A program made the position numbers and the translations under genes. Below the pieces are notes generated by a model that ran no database searches, was not told the DNA's origin, and saw nothing but the letters and a program-made list of their open reading frames with translations. A stretch of DNA of 64,000 nucleotides from a virus (lineage: Duplodnaviria; Caudoviricetes), in IMG/VR virus record IMGVR_UViG_3300028048_000075, positions 1-64,000 of that record; one strand, written 5' to 3'. Below are positions 49,025 through 60,559 of this stretch, one piece after another (position 1 is the stretch's first letter; every line of letters begins with the position of its first letter).

Positions 49025-49697
49025 AAACTTTACATTCGATGATAAACTTGTGTTAAAAACTATTAACGATGATTTCAATTTTGAACTTTGTGGGGGCACA
49101 ATGTCTCGTTACAGAAGAAAGATTCGTCCAGCAGCATATGCAAAAGATGCAATGGAAAGTCTTGCCACATCGTTCAGATTCGAGCTCGCTAATACTGCTC
49201 GCATTATTAATGAAGATATCGAAAGGTATACAAATCACTTCAAAGTGAAAGGTAATCCGAAAGAAATTCTCAGTATGATTGATGCCGACATTTCAGAGTG
49301 GAAAGAAACTGATAATGTGCATTATTATGGACGTGGATATCTAATAGATAACGTCACAGTAATTGCATCAAATCTTCGTTTGATTATCAAGGAATGTGAT
49401 AAGATTAATGAGTTTACTCAGATGGCTTATCGTGTTTCCGAACAGAAAGACCACAGATTCAACGACATTACAGCCAAAGATATTCTTGTGGATAACGAAG
49501 CGGTGTTTGGCAACATGTTTAAAGAGATTGAAAAACAGGTTCCAGAAAATATCGATGTTTACAGTCAGGAATATGGCAAAATCGTCTGCAAGAAAGTAAA
49601 AGCTTTCAAAGCAATGGCTATTTCCACGATTAACAAATACTTTGGAAAGAACTCCAAATTGGCTGATCTTGGAATTTTCGATATTGCTATTTCGTAA
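49017..49697 (+). CDS. Hypothetical protein (226 aa) overlapping the RNAP gene
   Basis: AAGGAG RBS; overlap suggests translational coupling. Confidence 0.75.
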   Translation: MPKNFTFDDKLVLKTINDDFNFELCGGTMSRYRRKIRPAAYAKDAMESLATSFRFELANTARIINEDIERYTNHFKVKGNPKEILSMIDADISEWKETDNVHYYGRGYLIDNVTVIASNLRLIIKECDKINEFTQMAYRVSEQKDHRFNDITAKDILVDNEAVFGNMFKEIEKQVPENIDVYSQEYGKIVCKKVKAFKAMAISTINKYFGKNSKLADLGIFDIAIS

Positions 49698-49771
49698 TCA
49701 ATAAATGTATTAAAGAAGGTGATGGTTATAATTATATAACCATCACCATTTTATTTTTTAGGAGGAAATGA

Positions 49772-51037
49772 ATGGTTTCGTCAGATAGAGATGAATTTAA
49801 TACTAACCATCCGGTGTATATGAGACTATATTATCTTCAGCACCTTTATAAAGTCGCTGAAAAACTTCAAAACTCAAAAGATGTTTTTCCATCAGAGTTA
49901 CACATTTGTAATTTTATTGAGCCAGTCAATTATGACGAAAAAATGGAGTCTGATTTTGAAGTCGAGCTTACGAAAGTAAATACATCTAAGCTTGACCAAA
50001 ATCTTTTATACATGCTTCATGAACTTGACGTTTTTATGGGCTTGTATCTAAAACTTTTAAAACCAACAAAACTCATAACGAAATTCTATAAAAAATACGT
50101 TATTGATCTTCTTGAAATCGATAAACGTGTACAGAAAAAGACTGTAACTGATCGTATAACTTTGGATGATCTTTTGGGAGTTATTGGTAAAGCTTATATT
50201 TCGTATACTAAGTCTCCAAATTTCTATAAAGATATGAAAAAAATTCTTGATCATCTTTTAAAGGAATCGTTGTTCCCGACATTGTGTGAAAGTCCATCAA
50301 AAAACATTCCGCTTGGAAAATATATTTTTGACGAAATATATCCAGCGGCAAAGAAATTGTATGGCGATTACACATATAACGAAATGGTGAATAGTTCATA
50401 TAGCAAACTTAGAAAGAGAATTGTTTTCAAAAATAACGATTTGCTTTATTGTTTGCTTATAGAAGGTTTAAAAATCGCCTTTGTACACAAATTTAAGTAC
50501 GTAATCATGACTTTATTGTCAAATACGGACAAATACAAAGCATTTAAACCATTTGTTGTTTCAAATCATGCTATAGTTACGAATAAGATTAGGGTATTGT
50601 ATAACAACACTACTACTATCAAAAAATATATTTCTGAACATGACAAGGTTACGAAAGAACTCACAAACACACCAGTAGATCAAACTAAGAAATTTGGTGA
50701 AATCATATCCGATTATTGTGAAAAAATGAAAGGTATTTATCACATTAAGGATAGTGATGGTATTCCATATTCTAAACATTTCGAAAATATTTGTAAGTTC
50801 AAAACGTTTGATGGAAAAGAACAGAATATGATACCAGAATACCGATTCTCTGCTTTATCTGCTATGCACAATTTGCGTAATACTTTTTCTGAGGAATTAT
50901 CAACTGAAGAAAACAAATTGGCTAACTGTTATAATTATAACATTTGTGATATAGTAGATGATCTATTTGAATCAAAAGTTTCATCTACGTGTTATTTCGA
51001 TCTTTCATTGTATATAAGAAGTAGGAGGAAAAACTAA
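49772..51037 (+). CDS. Hypothetical protein (421 aa)
   Basis: AGGAGG RBS. Confidence 0.75.
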   Translation: MVSSDRDEFNTNHPVYMRLYYLQHLYKVAEKLQNSKDVFPSELHICNFIEPVNYDEKMESDFEVELTKVNTSKLDQNLLYMLHELDVFMGLYLKLLKPTKLITKFYKKYVIDLLEIDKRVQKKTVTDRITLDDLLGVIGKAYISYTKSPNFYKDMKKILDHLLKESLFPTLCESPSKNIPLGKYIFDEIYPAAKKLYGDYTYNEMVNSSYSKLRKRIVFKNNDLLYCLLIEGLKIAFVHKFKYVIMTLLSNTDKYKAFKPFVVSNHAIVTNKIRVLYNNTTTIKKYISEHDKVTKELTNTPVDQTKKFGEIISDYCEKMKGIYHIKDSDGIPYSKHFENICKFKTFDGKEQNMIPEYRFSALSAMHNLRNTFSEELSTEENKLANCYNYNICDIVDDLFESKVSSTCYFDLSLYIRSRRKN

Positions 51038-51039
51038 TA

Positions 51040-52476
51040 ATGAAATCAAGTGTTATCATAAATTATTCGGATATTATCAATGCTGTCGGAAAGCTGAGTG
51101 CGACTATTAATGAAGACAAACGTGATCTCGTCGAGTTCGATAGTAGTGGTAGAGATTTTTCTAGCCAATATGCTAAAAATGGTGAAAAAACTGCATTTGC
51201 AACGAAATTGTGTAAAACGATCAAATTCAATGTTGAATCAATCGTGAAATCGAATTATAGACATTTTATTAAAGAATATAAAGACGTTCTTAATTCTGTA
51301 TCAAAGTCCTATTGGGAAAGAATCAGATATGAGAATGTAAACTTCTTTTATTCTGATATTAAGACAGAAATCTATGAAACTTCGATTTCAATGTTTGTCA
51401 AAAACGTATTTAAGCATTTAGACATACAACAGATTTCTGCTCCAGAATCATGGTATTATAAAGTTTATAAAAACTTGAAAAATATCCCTGATAGAATTTA
51501 TATCAGGCATACTTTTAATGAAGCCCCACAGAAAAAGAAAAGTGTAGTGTTTACATTACATGAAATGTTAGGGCATCATTCACCAAATGCTTGTACAATG
51601 TCACTTGAACAAGATGTCGATACTGTTAATTATCCACCAATAGTCTTTATCGGAAAGATTACAAACTATCTTTTCTATTTGGAATTGGTTGATCTTGTTC
51701 GTGATTATTTCATTTATGGTAAACACAAAGCTTATTATAAAGATATCCCCGATTTGTTCAATATTCTTATACGAAATGAAACTTATATGGAAGGTTTTGC
51801 TGTAGAATACAACAAATTTGCTAACCGTGTGTCAGACCTTCTAAAGCCAGTTTATATCGAACGCAACGATTTCCGTTCAGAAATGGCAAAAGATCCGATT
51901 TGCTACAGTATTGCAACAAATGTGGCTAAGATTATTCTTAAGCAGAACAGTGTAGAAACTGATATGATTTCTTGTATGCATGTCGATCACATTTGTAAAT
52001 TGATACAAGAAGTAAAGAATATGTCTTCACCTAATATGGATCCTCGTTGTGATACATATCTTGAAGGCACCGATGATCTTGACAGATTGAATACATTCAG
52101 AATTTTGGATCTTTTCAAAGAAAAGACCAAAGCTTTCGAAGCTTATGCTGACGAAGACGAGGGGTCCAAGGATCTTGATTTGTCTCATAATCCTAAAGTC
52201 ATTGAATACATCACTAGTGATAAAAATGATCTGGATGATCCCCACCTTATCGTATTTGCGGATACAATTAAGGAAGCGATTTGGAAATATATCGAAAGTT
52301 ATACTAAAGATGTAAAGAGGATTGCACTTTGGTTGGACGATAAGATTATTTCCAAGATTTCTTACGGTTTTAGATACGATTCTGAAGAGGAATTTAGAAA
52401 CTATGTGAAGTATTTGAGTATACATGAAACAGGTTTCGATAAGTTCTCAAATCCAGCAATTGCTAAGTTATTTTAG
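51040..52476 (+). CDS. Hypothetical protein (478 aa)
   Basis: AGGAGG RBS. Confidence 0.75.
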   Translation: MKSSVIINYSDIINAVGKLSATINEDKRDLVEFDSSGRDFSSQYAKNGEKTAFATKLCKTIKFNVESIVKSNYRHFIKEYKDVLNSVSKSYWERIRYENVNFFYSDIKTEIYETSISMFVKNVFKHLDIQQISAPESWYYKVYKNLKNIPDRIYIRHTFNEAPQKKKSVVFTLHEMLGHHSPNACTMSLEQDVDTVNYPPIVFIGKITNYLFYLELVDLVRDYFIYGKHKAYYKDIPDLFNILIRNETYMEGFAVEYNKFANRVSDLLKPVYIERNDFRSEMAKDPICYSIATNVAKIILKQNSVETDMISCMHVDHICKLIQEVKNMSSPNMDPRCDTYLEGTDDLDRLNTFRILDLFKEKTKAFEAYADEDEGSKDLDLSHNPKVIEYITSDKNDLDDPHLIVFADTIKEAIWKYIESYTKDVKRIALWLDDKIISKISYGFRYDSEEEFRNYVKYLSIHETGFDKFSNPAIAKLF

Positions 52477-52543
52477 GTAAAATAAGCCTATAAAATTAGT
52501 AAAAGTGGCCCATTGTGGCCACTTTTTATTTTTTGTCCGAAAA

Positions 52544-52555
52544 AACAATACTATA
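52544..52555 (+). promoter_or_regulatory. Late-type promoter motif AACA-N6-TA
   Basis: AACAATACTATA upstream of the large structural operon. Confidence 0.65.
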
Positions 52556-52583
52556 TACTTTTTACTATATTATGGGGTCCCTC

Positions 52584-55500
52584 ATGAGCGTAAATATTAC
52601 CGAAAATAACTACAAAGTGGTTAGAAACAACGACCCGTCTTTTCAGGCGATGAGTAGAGTCGCTGATGCAAATAATATTTATGACGTATATCAGGAGTAC
52701 ATCAAATCTGGAACCAATCGTAATGATTTCACATCCCAGTTGAAATTGTTCGATAATAACAAAGGTATTTTGAATGATGGTAAATATGTTGACATGAGTA
52801 ATTTCTTTATGGAATCTCAGGTCAGTACCTTAACAGGTACCATGAATACCGAAACGATACCTTATTTTAAATTTAAGACTAATGCAGTTCTTAGATGTAA
52901 AGACCAGAAGAATATCAATAAGACTTACATAACTAGAACAAAAACAGAATCTATTTATCAACTAAATGTTGTTACAAACAATCTGTCTGGTGAAACTGTT
53001 AGGGTTCTTCCAGATAATAAAACGAATGTTGAAGCTTCTTATAGTTCATATCCGTTACAGCGTGTTGATAGACTCGGTATATTCGAGATGGATTCTTTAT
53101 TCGTCTATATAGACGGAAAAAAGATTCCAGATAATGAAGTTTTTGTTTACACTAATAAGTCTTTTACAGATGTTTTTATTCCTGAAAAATACATACCAGG
53201 TAATATCCATGATGATAAATCTGTTATCGATACTTCTATTCATATCGATTATAGACAACCTGGTTCGGAACGATTTTATGATAGGATTTATGCGAATGAT
53301 GGTGAAACTACACTAACATTCGATTTGAAAGATTCGAAATACGAATACAGAATAAATCTTGCAAAAGAATATTCTGATAAGAATTTGTTGGTATTTAAAA
53401 ATGGTGTATTGGTGCGTCCAGTGTCTTCATCTTTGTCTGAAGATAACGTACTCACATTAGAATTCGATAAACCACTGTATAAAGCAGATATCGAGATTTA
53501 TATTCTTAATGATGTAGTATACAGACATGAAACGCCAGATGAAACCATGATGAATGTACTAGGTTCTAGTGTACATTTCTACATTCCAGACAATTATTTT
53601 GCTGATGTAAGATCTGGTCCTATACCTAAACCAGCGATTTCTTTTTTCTATAAAGGCGAAAGAGTAAACGATTCTAAGATTGTGCAAACATCTAGATTCA
53701 GTTTTGAATTTGTTATTGATCCTAATCAATACACAAGAGTTAATGTGGTTTACGGTATGAATCCTCTTAAAGAAGAGGTATATTATACTAAGAATCTCGA
53801 TAACGAATATGTTCGATTGGGCTATATCAAAACTTTTGATCCTAATGTAATTTATTATGTTAAAAAACCTTCTGCTAAATTTGAAGAAGATCAAATCGAC
53901 TTCATTGTAGAAGACATTGGTGCTAGAGTTGATGAAACTGGTTACACCATGTATGGAGATGATTATTATCTTCTCAATATGATTGGAGTTAAACGTTGTG
54001 TAGATAAGATGAAGGGTTCTTTATCTTATTCAATATTCGACGATCCAACATATAACTTAGGATTTAAAGAAATACTTTCTAAAAATGGAACACTTTTTGA
54101 TATACCTTCTGCTATAGAAAGATTTGATAATATTTCTAAGAATACTAGAACTCCTAAAGAACGTGTTATGGAGCTTATCAGAGAAAGACCTCCGTTAATT
54201 CGTAAATTACTCGAGCAGTTTAAACACAAGAGTAAAAAGATTCTGGTAATTGGAAATAAAAATGATGTTAACGTTTCTTCAGTATTTAAACTGGAGAATT
54301 CTAACGATACAGCATTTTACAAAATATACATAAACCATCTTGTTGTTGATGACAAATATTTGACAACAGTAAGAGAAAACGATCATGATGTCATAACAAT
54401 CAGCAAAGATGCTTTGAAAGAAGGTTCAAATGCTATAGAAATATTCCAATTCGATCTTTCTTATAAAGCTAAAATGTATTATCGTGATAATGTTAAGACT
54501 GGTGGATTCACTTATTATCTTAACGCTAATGGTGAGAAAATCTATCGTAAAACATATAATCTAGATGATCTTCCTTTTGAAAAAGGATTGTTGAATGACG
54601 ATATTGCTGCTATTGAAAAAGTAGCTAAAGGATGGTATGACAAACGTAATGAAGAATATTATTACGTTTATCCTGGACCTGAAAATTATGGTTGGAGAAC
54701 TACAAAATACTTTAAAGTTGTGTCTAAAACCGAATCAGAATTGACGATTGATGTTAAGCTTTTTGAAGAAGCTGATGATACAACTGGCGGTTATTTCTAT
54801 CTTTTAGCAAAGCAATATAATATTGCTGAAGATATAGTATTTACTAATGAAGATGGTTCGTATATGTCTGAAAACGACTTGTTGATACCAGTCTATTCAA
54901 GCATTACGAATTATAAGTACAATGATGCTGGAGAAAGAGTAATTGACTGTGTGGATAAGTATATTCCATACATTAATAACTCAGAACCTATTATCAGTAT
55001 AAACTCAAGAGAGCAAATCTTTGGTAAAGACTATACATTCTATAACCCAGAAACAAATAAAGAACTTACTTGTAGCTACGTTATTTTGAAACAGCAGCCT
55101 GCAGAAGGTTCTGATATTATTATCCAGTTTAACTCAAATAAAACCAATATTCTTATTGTAGGTTATGACGATTTGAATATTGATAATAGATATGGATTGG
55201 TATATCTTTCAGAATTACCATATCCTATATCTCCAGAATATATGAACATTTTCGTTAATGGTGAAAAGATGAGTGCTTGGGATATGGATATTCTATCTGA
55301 CAAACTCGTTAGATTCTATAACATCTATAGACCTATTCGTTCAATACTTATCACTACGAACTGTGAGTATAAAGACTCTGAAATGCGAGATTTCATAGAT
55401 CTTTACAAACCATCTAAGTTTGAAAAGATTCTTGAAGAAATATTCTGGAACTGTGATCCATCTAAGATTGTTGATGCTTTCCGTCCTAGTGTCGATATGG

Positions 55501-56381
55501 TATATAAGGTAAATCCTTATTATTCTGAATTTGTCGGCAAAGATGAAGAAAACTATGACAATCCGTATTATGCGGAATATATCGATAAGATTAAGCACGA
55601 CAGAAACAAATATGACGAACATTCTGTATTTACATCAATCTTCCCTTATCCACAAGTAGGAGAAGAAGATTATGATTTGAAAGTTGAAGCATATGCTAAT
55701 GCAGAAAAATTCTTCAGTGTATATAAAACCAATCACGGCTTTGTAGAGGATGTCGATTCAGTTAAACAAGCTGAAAATCCATATTCACCTGAAGATGAGC
55801 ATAACTTTATTACTGATACTCTCGAAATCATGTATCTTAACTGGTTGGCTAAGAGTGGAAAGACTAGAACTTACGGTTTCAAAGATTTGAATATCGATCC
55901 ATTGGTATTGGTATACTTCTCAGTATTTGAGAATATCATTATCAATAATCGTATTGATATCGTGGTTGATAGTTCTAGGTTCTATGACGGTCTTTATCCT
56001 GATGTAAGTAATCCAATCTTCGAATACAATGAAGATACTGGAGAAAACAAGTTAGTCTATCCTGGTGCAGATCAGAATGTTAGACGCAGAATGTTTTATG
56101 AGATGCTTATACAGTTCTTGGAATCAAGACAAGAGGATGAACCTACTTGGTATGATAGTGAAACCGGTGAAGATAAAATGATACGAGCTATGTGTGATAA
56201 CAAGTTGGCAAATATTCTTTATCCGATGGACTTTCCTCTAAATCCAGATAAGAATGGTATAAGAGAAACTGGAACTAATGTCGATATTGTTAATTATACA
56301 ACAATCGATGAAGAAAATCAAACTTTACAGGATGCGATACGTGCTGCTGAAGCATTTGGTGTTGCTCCGCCTTCTCATTAA
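52584..56381 (+). CDS. Large virion structural protein (baseplate/tail-type)
   Basis: About 1265 aa with repeated beta-sandwich motifs (VYIDGKKI, VFKNGVLV, IFVNGEKM); late motif upstream. Confidence 0.6.
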   Translation: MSVNITENNYKVVRNNDPSFQAMSRVADANNIYDVYQEYIKSGTNRNDFTSQLKLFDNNKGILNDGKYVDMSNFFMESQVSTLTGTMNTETIPYFKFKTNAVLRCKDQKNINKTYITRTKTESIYQLNVVTNNLSGETVRVLPDNKTNVEASYSSYPLQRVDRLGIFEMDSLFVYIDGKKIPDNEVFVYTNKSFTDVFIPEKYIPGNIHDDKSVIDTSIHIDYRQPGSERFYDRIYANDGETTLTFDLKDSKYEYRINLAKEYSDKNLLVFKNGVLVRPVSSSLSEDNVLTLEFDKPLYKADIEIYILNDVVYRHETPDETMMNVLGSSVHFYIPDNYFADVRSGPIPKPAISFFYKGERVNDSKIVQTSRFSFEFVIDPNQYTRVNVVYGMNPLKEEVYYTKNLDNEYVRLGYIKTFDPNVIYYVKKPSAKFEEDQIDFIVEDIGARVDETGYTMYGDDYYLLNMIGVKRCVDKMKGSLSYSIFDDPTYNLGFKEILSKNGTLFDIPSAIERFDNISKNTRTPKERVMELIRERPPLIRKLLEQFKHKSKKILVIGNKNDVNVSSVFKLENSNDTAFYKIYINHLVVDDKYLTTVRENDHDVITISKDALKEGSNAIEIFQFDLSYKAKMYYRDNVKTGGFTYYLNANGEKIYRKTYNLDDLPFEKGLLNDDIAAIEKVAKGWYDKRNEEYYYVYPGPENYGWRTTKYFKVVSKTESELTIDVKLFEEADDTTGGYFYLLAKQYNIAEDIVFTNEDGSYMSENDLLIPVYSSITNYKYNDAGERVIDCVDKYIPYINNSEPIISINSREQIFGKDYTFYNPETNKELTCSYVILKQQPAEGSDIIIQFNSNKTNILIVGYDDLNIDNRYGLVYLSELPYPISPEYMNIFVNGEKMSAWDMDILSDKLVRFYNIYRPIRSILITTNCEYKDSEMRDFIDLYKPSKFEKILEEIFWNCDPSKIVDAFRPSVDMVYKVNPYYSEFVGKDEENYDNPYYAEYIDKIKHDRNKYDEHSVFTSIFPYPQVGEEDYDLKVEAYANAEKFFSVYKTNHGFVEDVDSVKQAENPYSPEDEHNFITDTLEIMYLNWLAKSGKTRTYGFKDLNIDPLVLVYFSVFENIIINNRIDIVVDSSRFYDGLYPDVSNPIFEYNEDTGENKLVYPGADQNVRRRMFYEMLIQFLESRQEDEPTWYDSETGEDKMIRAMCDNKLANILYPMDFPLNPDKNGIRETGTNVDIVNYTTIDEENQTLQDAIRAAEAFGVAPPSH

Positions 56382-56412
56382 GAGAAATAAAAAAACTTAT
56401 AGGAGATAAACA

Positions 56413-58320
56413 ATGGGTGATGCGAGTCCTGAACGTCAGGCGTATTCCGAAGTTGGAACCGAGGGATACAAGGGACGATTTGTTGCAAATATTTCAAATA
56501 TCAGATTGTTTAAAAGCAATCCATACATTATGAATCTCAGTGAATCTGAGAAAGAAACACTTAATGCCAAACTTCTTACTCCTTATCAAGGTGAAATGTT
56601 CTATGACGATGATTATAACATTTATGTAGTCAAAGTCGGAAAAGATCCTATTACTGGAGTAACCACTTATACTTATATTTCTAAGACCAAAGATACAAAT
56701 TCTAAGTTAAATTACTATGAATCTAAAGGCGTTCTTAATCAGCTTATTAGCGCTTATAACAATGGTCAGGTTTATAAGTTCTACTACAATGTGGGAACCA
56801 AAACGATGTATCCTAATTCATCTCTGGTATTCCCATCAAATTACAATTCTTATACTGTTAGAAAACAGGAATTGAATGATGAAGCGAAGTATGTGTATCT
56901 GGCAGGAAATATTGTTGATGGTAACCTGATGGATGTTCATATTGCTATGAAAACCGTTATCGATTCTGTTAATAACACTTCTTATACCCGTATGGGAGCA
57001 GCTAAGATATTCGATAATGCTAGCCCTGATTCCCAATGGGATATCATACAGAATGGTCAATTCTATGTGGTAGACTTCTTCGATGTTAATGGAGAACTTA
57101 TCGATACTAAGCTTTTCCAAGCAGTTCAGGCTGTAACTACTTCTGTACAGACACCATCAGCAACTGTAGAAAGACTTGGTATTACGGTATTCAAGAACGG
57201 AATCGAAGCAAATGTTTCTAATGGTGTTTACGGTATTTATGCTGGAGAAGACTTGTCTAAAACTACAAGTTTTGCAATTGTAGCATACTATTCTGATGGT
57301 ACAAACAAGCTTATTACCGATAAACTTGATACAGGATATCTTTCTCGTGATGGTTGGGATGTAAATACTAGTGGTGCAGCAGTTGGAGACCAATTCCCTG
57401 TAACATTCACTTATTATCCTAATATCGATGAAAATGGTGTTCCTATTGGTCAGAAAATTCCAGAAACCATCATTTTCCAGGTAATGGAAAACACATATAC
57501 TAACCTTTATAAGGTTATTCCTGTTATGTGGTCTGATAATGCATCTGATCTTAACGTCGTTAATGGCTCTGCAGCAGTTTACAAACTCAAGGTTTATGCT
57601 ATGAGTCAGGATGGATTGCTAACCAATGTAACAAGAATGTTCTATAACACTAAAAAGAAGGTCGATGGCGTAGATTTGGTCGATTTCGAAGATTGTCCAG
57701 TTACGTACGATCCTTATCAGCAGTGTTGTATCTTTACATTCACTTCAAATCTTGCTGGTCAGAGAACAACATTCGAATTCACCCTTAGATCAAATGGTCA
57801 GGAAAAGAATCTTAGATTTGCTGCTGACTTTGGTGCTAATGATGCTGATTCTCAGTACATCTATGTATCTGCAAATGGTTCTGATGGAACTGATTATGGA
57901 TATGGTACAGATGGTCTCCTCTCTTCATTGGCTTCTACATATGGAACAAAAGAAGGAACCATATTCAACAAGATCACATACAAGAAACTTGCTTCTGAAC
58001 TCTTTATGGAGATGTTTAATAACACTACAAATGTTCGTGAAGTATACAAGAGAAGAATCAATGGTGTCGATGTATATCCTACAAAAATGCAAATCTATGC
58101 AGTTAAAGATGCTACTATTACTCCTCTTACAGCACTTACACAGATTCCAAATGCAGTAAATACTGTAACAGCATATCCATATAAAGAATCTGCAGTTAAT
58201 GCTATTCTTCAGAATGGTGTTTCTAATGATTTCATGCTGGTGAAGTTCATAACTGAACTCAATGGTGATCAGAACCTGATCAACTTCGATGTATTCAGAC
58301 TTAAAGTTCTTAATCAGTAA
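56413..58320 (+). CDS. Probable virion structural protein (635 aa)
   Basis: Beta-rich with an Ig-like AYYSDGT..IT motif; same operon. Confidence 0.55.
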   Translation: MGDASPERQAYSEVGTEGYKGRFVANISNIRLFKSNPYIMNLSESEKETLNAKLLTPYQGEMFYDDDYNIYVVKVGKDPITGVTTYTYISKTKDTNSKLNYYESKGVLNQLISAYNNGQVYKFYYNVGTKTMYPNSSLVFPSNYNSYTVRKQELNDEAKYVYLAGNIVDGNLMDVHIAMKTVIDSVNNTSYTRMGAAKIFDNASPDSQWDIIQNGQFYVVDFFDVNGELIDTKLFQAVQAVTTSVQTPSATVERLGITVFKNGIEANVSNGVYGIYAGEDLSKTTSFAIVAYYSDGTNKLITDKLDTGYLSRDGWDVNTSGAAVGDQFPVTFTYYPNIDENGVPIGQKIPETIIFQVMENTYTNLYKVIPVMWSDNASDLNVVNGSAAVYKLKVYAMSQDGLLTNVTRMFYNTKKKVDGVDLVDFEDCPVTYDPYQQCCIFTFTSNLAGQRTTFEFTLRSNGQEKNLRFAADFGANDADSQYIYVSANGSDGTDYGYGTDGLLSSLASTYGTKEGTIFNKITYKKLASELFMEMFNNTTNVREVYKRRINGVDVYPTKMQIYAVKDATITPLTALTQIPNAVNTVTAYPYKESAVNAILQNGVSNDFMLVKFITELNGDQNLINFDVFRLKVLNQ

Positions 58321-58337
58321 ACTGTGAGGGTTGGCTT

Positions 58338-60524
58338 ATGTCTTCAGAATTGCAGTTCGAATCTGTAATCGATAGGACTCAAGCGTCTAAAAATCCTGTA
58401 AACTATTATGATAGGACTGTTGTATTTGAGTTCAATACAAATGAGGTAAAGCCTATTGCTGTAACACTCGATTATTTGTATGCTAGAACCGATCACTTTC
58501 CTATCTATAGTATACAGAATTATGATAAAGCTATCGATAACAGAGTTTCTCCACCAGTAACAATGGCATATCCTACGTACATTACATCCGTCGATGTGCC
58601 AAAGAATCAAGGACACAATGTCTTTATGTTCCTCGATACTATACGTGAATTGATTTTCAAATATGGATTGAAGAACGAATTTTATAAGAACAAATATGGA
58701 AAATGGATAGATGTAAGTGCTATTCGTCCACATTTTAGCGTAAAACGATATGACGATAACATATTCAGTAGATTTTATACTGGATTGATCGATGATCGTT
58801 TTATGGACACTTCTATTTACACAAAGGTTTGTGATTCACCTACTTTTGAATGTATCAATCCTAACGATTATTTTGTGACTATGTGTCAAATTAAAGACGT
58901 CAATCGTATACCTGAAGCTATTTATATAGTGAAAGATCTTTACGATAAAAGTGGTTACACATATGACATCGGTAAGGGTGATGGAACCTTTGAATATAAA
59001 GATTGTGAAATTGAAGTTTTCACTAATGGTGAAACAGATCCTGTAGGTTCATTGAGATCTACAGTTTATCCAAGATTCACATATAAACTTGCTAACGCTG
59101 ATACAAGAGAAGTTGCTCATGGGTCATTTATAGATAACAACAGTCATCTATTTAATGATCTTCTTTTGACATTTACCGATTCTGAAGGTAATAGTTATGA
59201 GAACTTGGATAACTTGTTTATAACTGTCAATGGAATGGTTGTTGGATATAAACCTGGACCATTACCAAATCAGATATATCTTCCAGACGTAATTAAGTAT
59301 GCTTCAATGCAGATTAAAGGTGTTAAAGAAGATACAACTCTTGAATCAAAACTCGTTATCGAGAAGAATGGACTTGGTCAAAACGTATTAAATTATGATT
59401 TGGATTCAGAGTCTGCAGGTTACTGTTATGATTTCGATATTCAAATTAAACGTTGGAAAGGTGTAAACATTTCTTCTATAATAGAACCATTGGATACAGG
59501 AAAGATTTTCAAAACCGAAGATACTGATCCTAATAAGTCTTATTGGTTGACAAGAAAACTTGTTTTTAACAGAAGAATTGATAAAGATAAAACCATTCTT
59601 CTTTGTGGAAACACAATTGTCGATAAAGATTCTTGGTATGTAGATGAGAATGGCGCAATTATTCTTAAGAATATTGAAGCTGAATTCGATTATATTTACT
59701 CAGAAGTTTATAGAAACGTTCAGCAGTATCTCGAAAGTATTGTTGGACATTCTATTTCTGGTGCTCCAGATATTAAGGATTTTCTTAAAGACAATATGGA
59801 TAGTGCAGAATCTATCGATAGAGCATATGAAGCATATCATGCTGCTCTTGAAGAATGGAAGAATACAAATGGATCAGATACATATCACTATTACGCTAAA
59901 TCGCCATTTGCGGTTACTGTTGAGCAATTTAAGTATAGACAGTATGGTGTAATTGTTTTTGAATCTGCAGATGAAGAGAGCTATGATATACAGGCTCTAG
60001 AAAATCATAGGGATATAATTCTTAATAGACCACTTAGAAATAAGTTTATCAATAGAAATTGGACTCCTGATGATACAGTAGTTATGAATGGTGTAGTGCA
60101 CAGATTCGTAAATGAATACGAAGATGTGTTTATAGCCCCTGATGTGTGGTATAGACACGGTGTTTCAGACATTTTTGACGGTACAAATGCGTATAAACTC
60201 GCTATTGTTCGACATGATCGTAAATCTGACGCATATCACAGGCTTAATTATACAGAATTGCTTAAAGGACCGTTGGAAGGTGTAATTTATTACATTCGTG
60301 ATGATGAAAGAGATACATATCATCCATTCAGTGATCTTAAAGCATTCGATAAACACTACGCTGTTGTTGATGTAATTCCTGGTGAAACAATCGATAAAAA
60401 GAAACGATACTTCACTAAGGTCGGTGACGAATATGTTGAGATCCCCAGTACACTCAACGCATTTGAAGCTGGCGAAACTTACTACGTTTGTTACTTCAAT
60501 AAAGATTATTTCATCAAGAAATAA
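58338..60524 (+). CDS. Probable virion structural protein (728 aa)
   Basis: FITVNGMVV and VVMNGVV motifs; C-terminal YY/YF repeats; terminator at 60532-60553. Confidence 0.55.
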   Translation: MSSELQFESVIDRTQASKNPVNYYDRTVVFEFNTNEVKPIAVTLDYLYARTDHFPIYSIQNYDKAIDNRVSPPVTMAYPTYITSVDVPKNQGHNVFMFLDTIRELIFKYGLKNEFYKNKYGKWIDVSAIRPHFSVKRYDDNIFSRFYTGLIDDRFMDTSIYTKVCDSPTFECINPNDYFVTMCQIKDVNRIPEAIYIVKDLYDKSGYTYDIGKGDGTFEYKDCEIEVFTNGETDPVGSLRSTVYPRFTYKLANADTREVAHGSFIDNNSHLFNDLLLTFTDSEGNSYENLDNLFITVNGMVVGYKPGPLPNQIYLPDVIKYASMQIKGVKEDTTLESKLVIEKNGLGQNVLNYDLDSESAGYCYDFDIQIKRWKGVNISSIIEPLDTGKIFKTEDTDPNKSYWLTRKLVFNRRIDKDKTILLCGNTIVDKDSWYVDENGAIILKNIEAEFDYIYSEVYRNVQQYLESIVGHSISGAPDIKDFLKDNMDSAESIDRAYEAYHAALEEWKNTNGSDTYHYYAKSPFAVTVEQFKYRQYGVIVFESADEESYDIQALENHRDIILNRPLRNKFINRNWTPDDTVVMNGVVHRFVNEYEDVFIAPDVWYRHGVSDIFDGTNAYKLAIVRHDRKSDAYHRLNYTELLKGPLEGVIYYIRDDERDTYHPFSDLKAFDKHYAVVDVIPGETIDKKKRYFTKVGDEYVEIPSTLNAFEAGETYYVCYFNKDYFIKK

Positions 60525-60559
60525 AAAAAAAAGAAGGGCTAAATGCCCTTCTTTTTATA

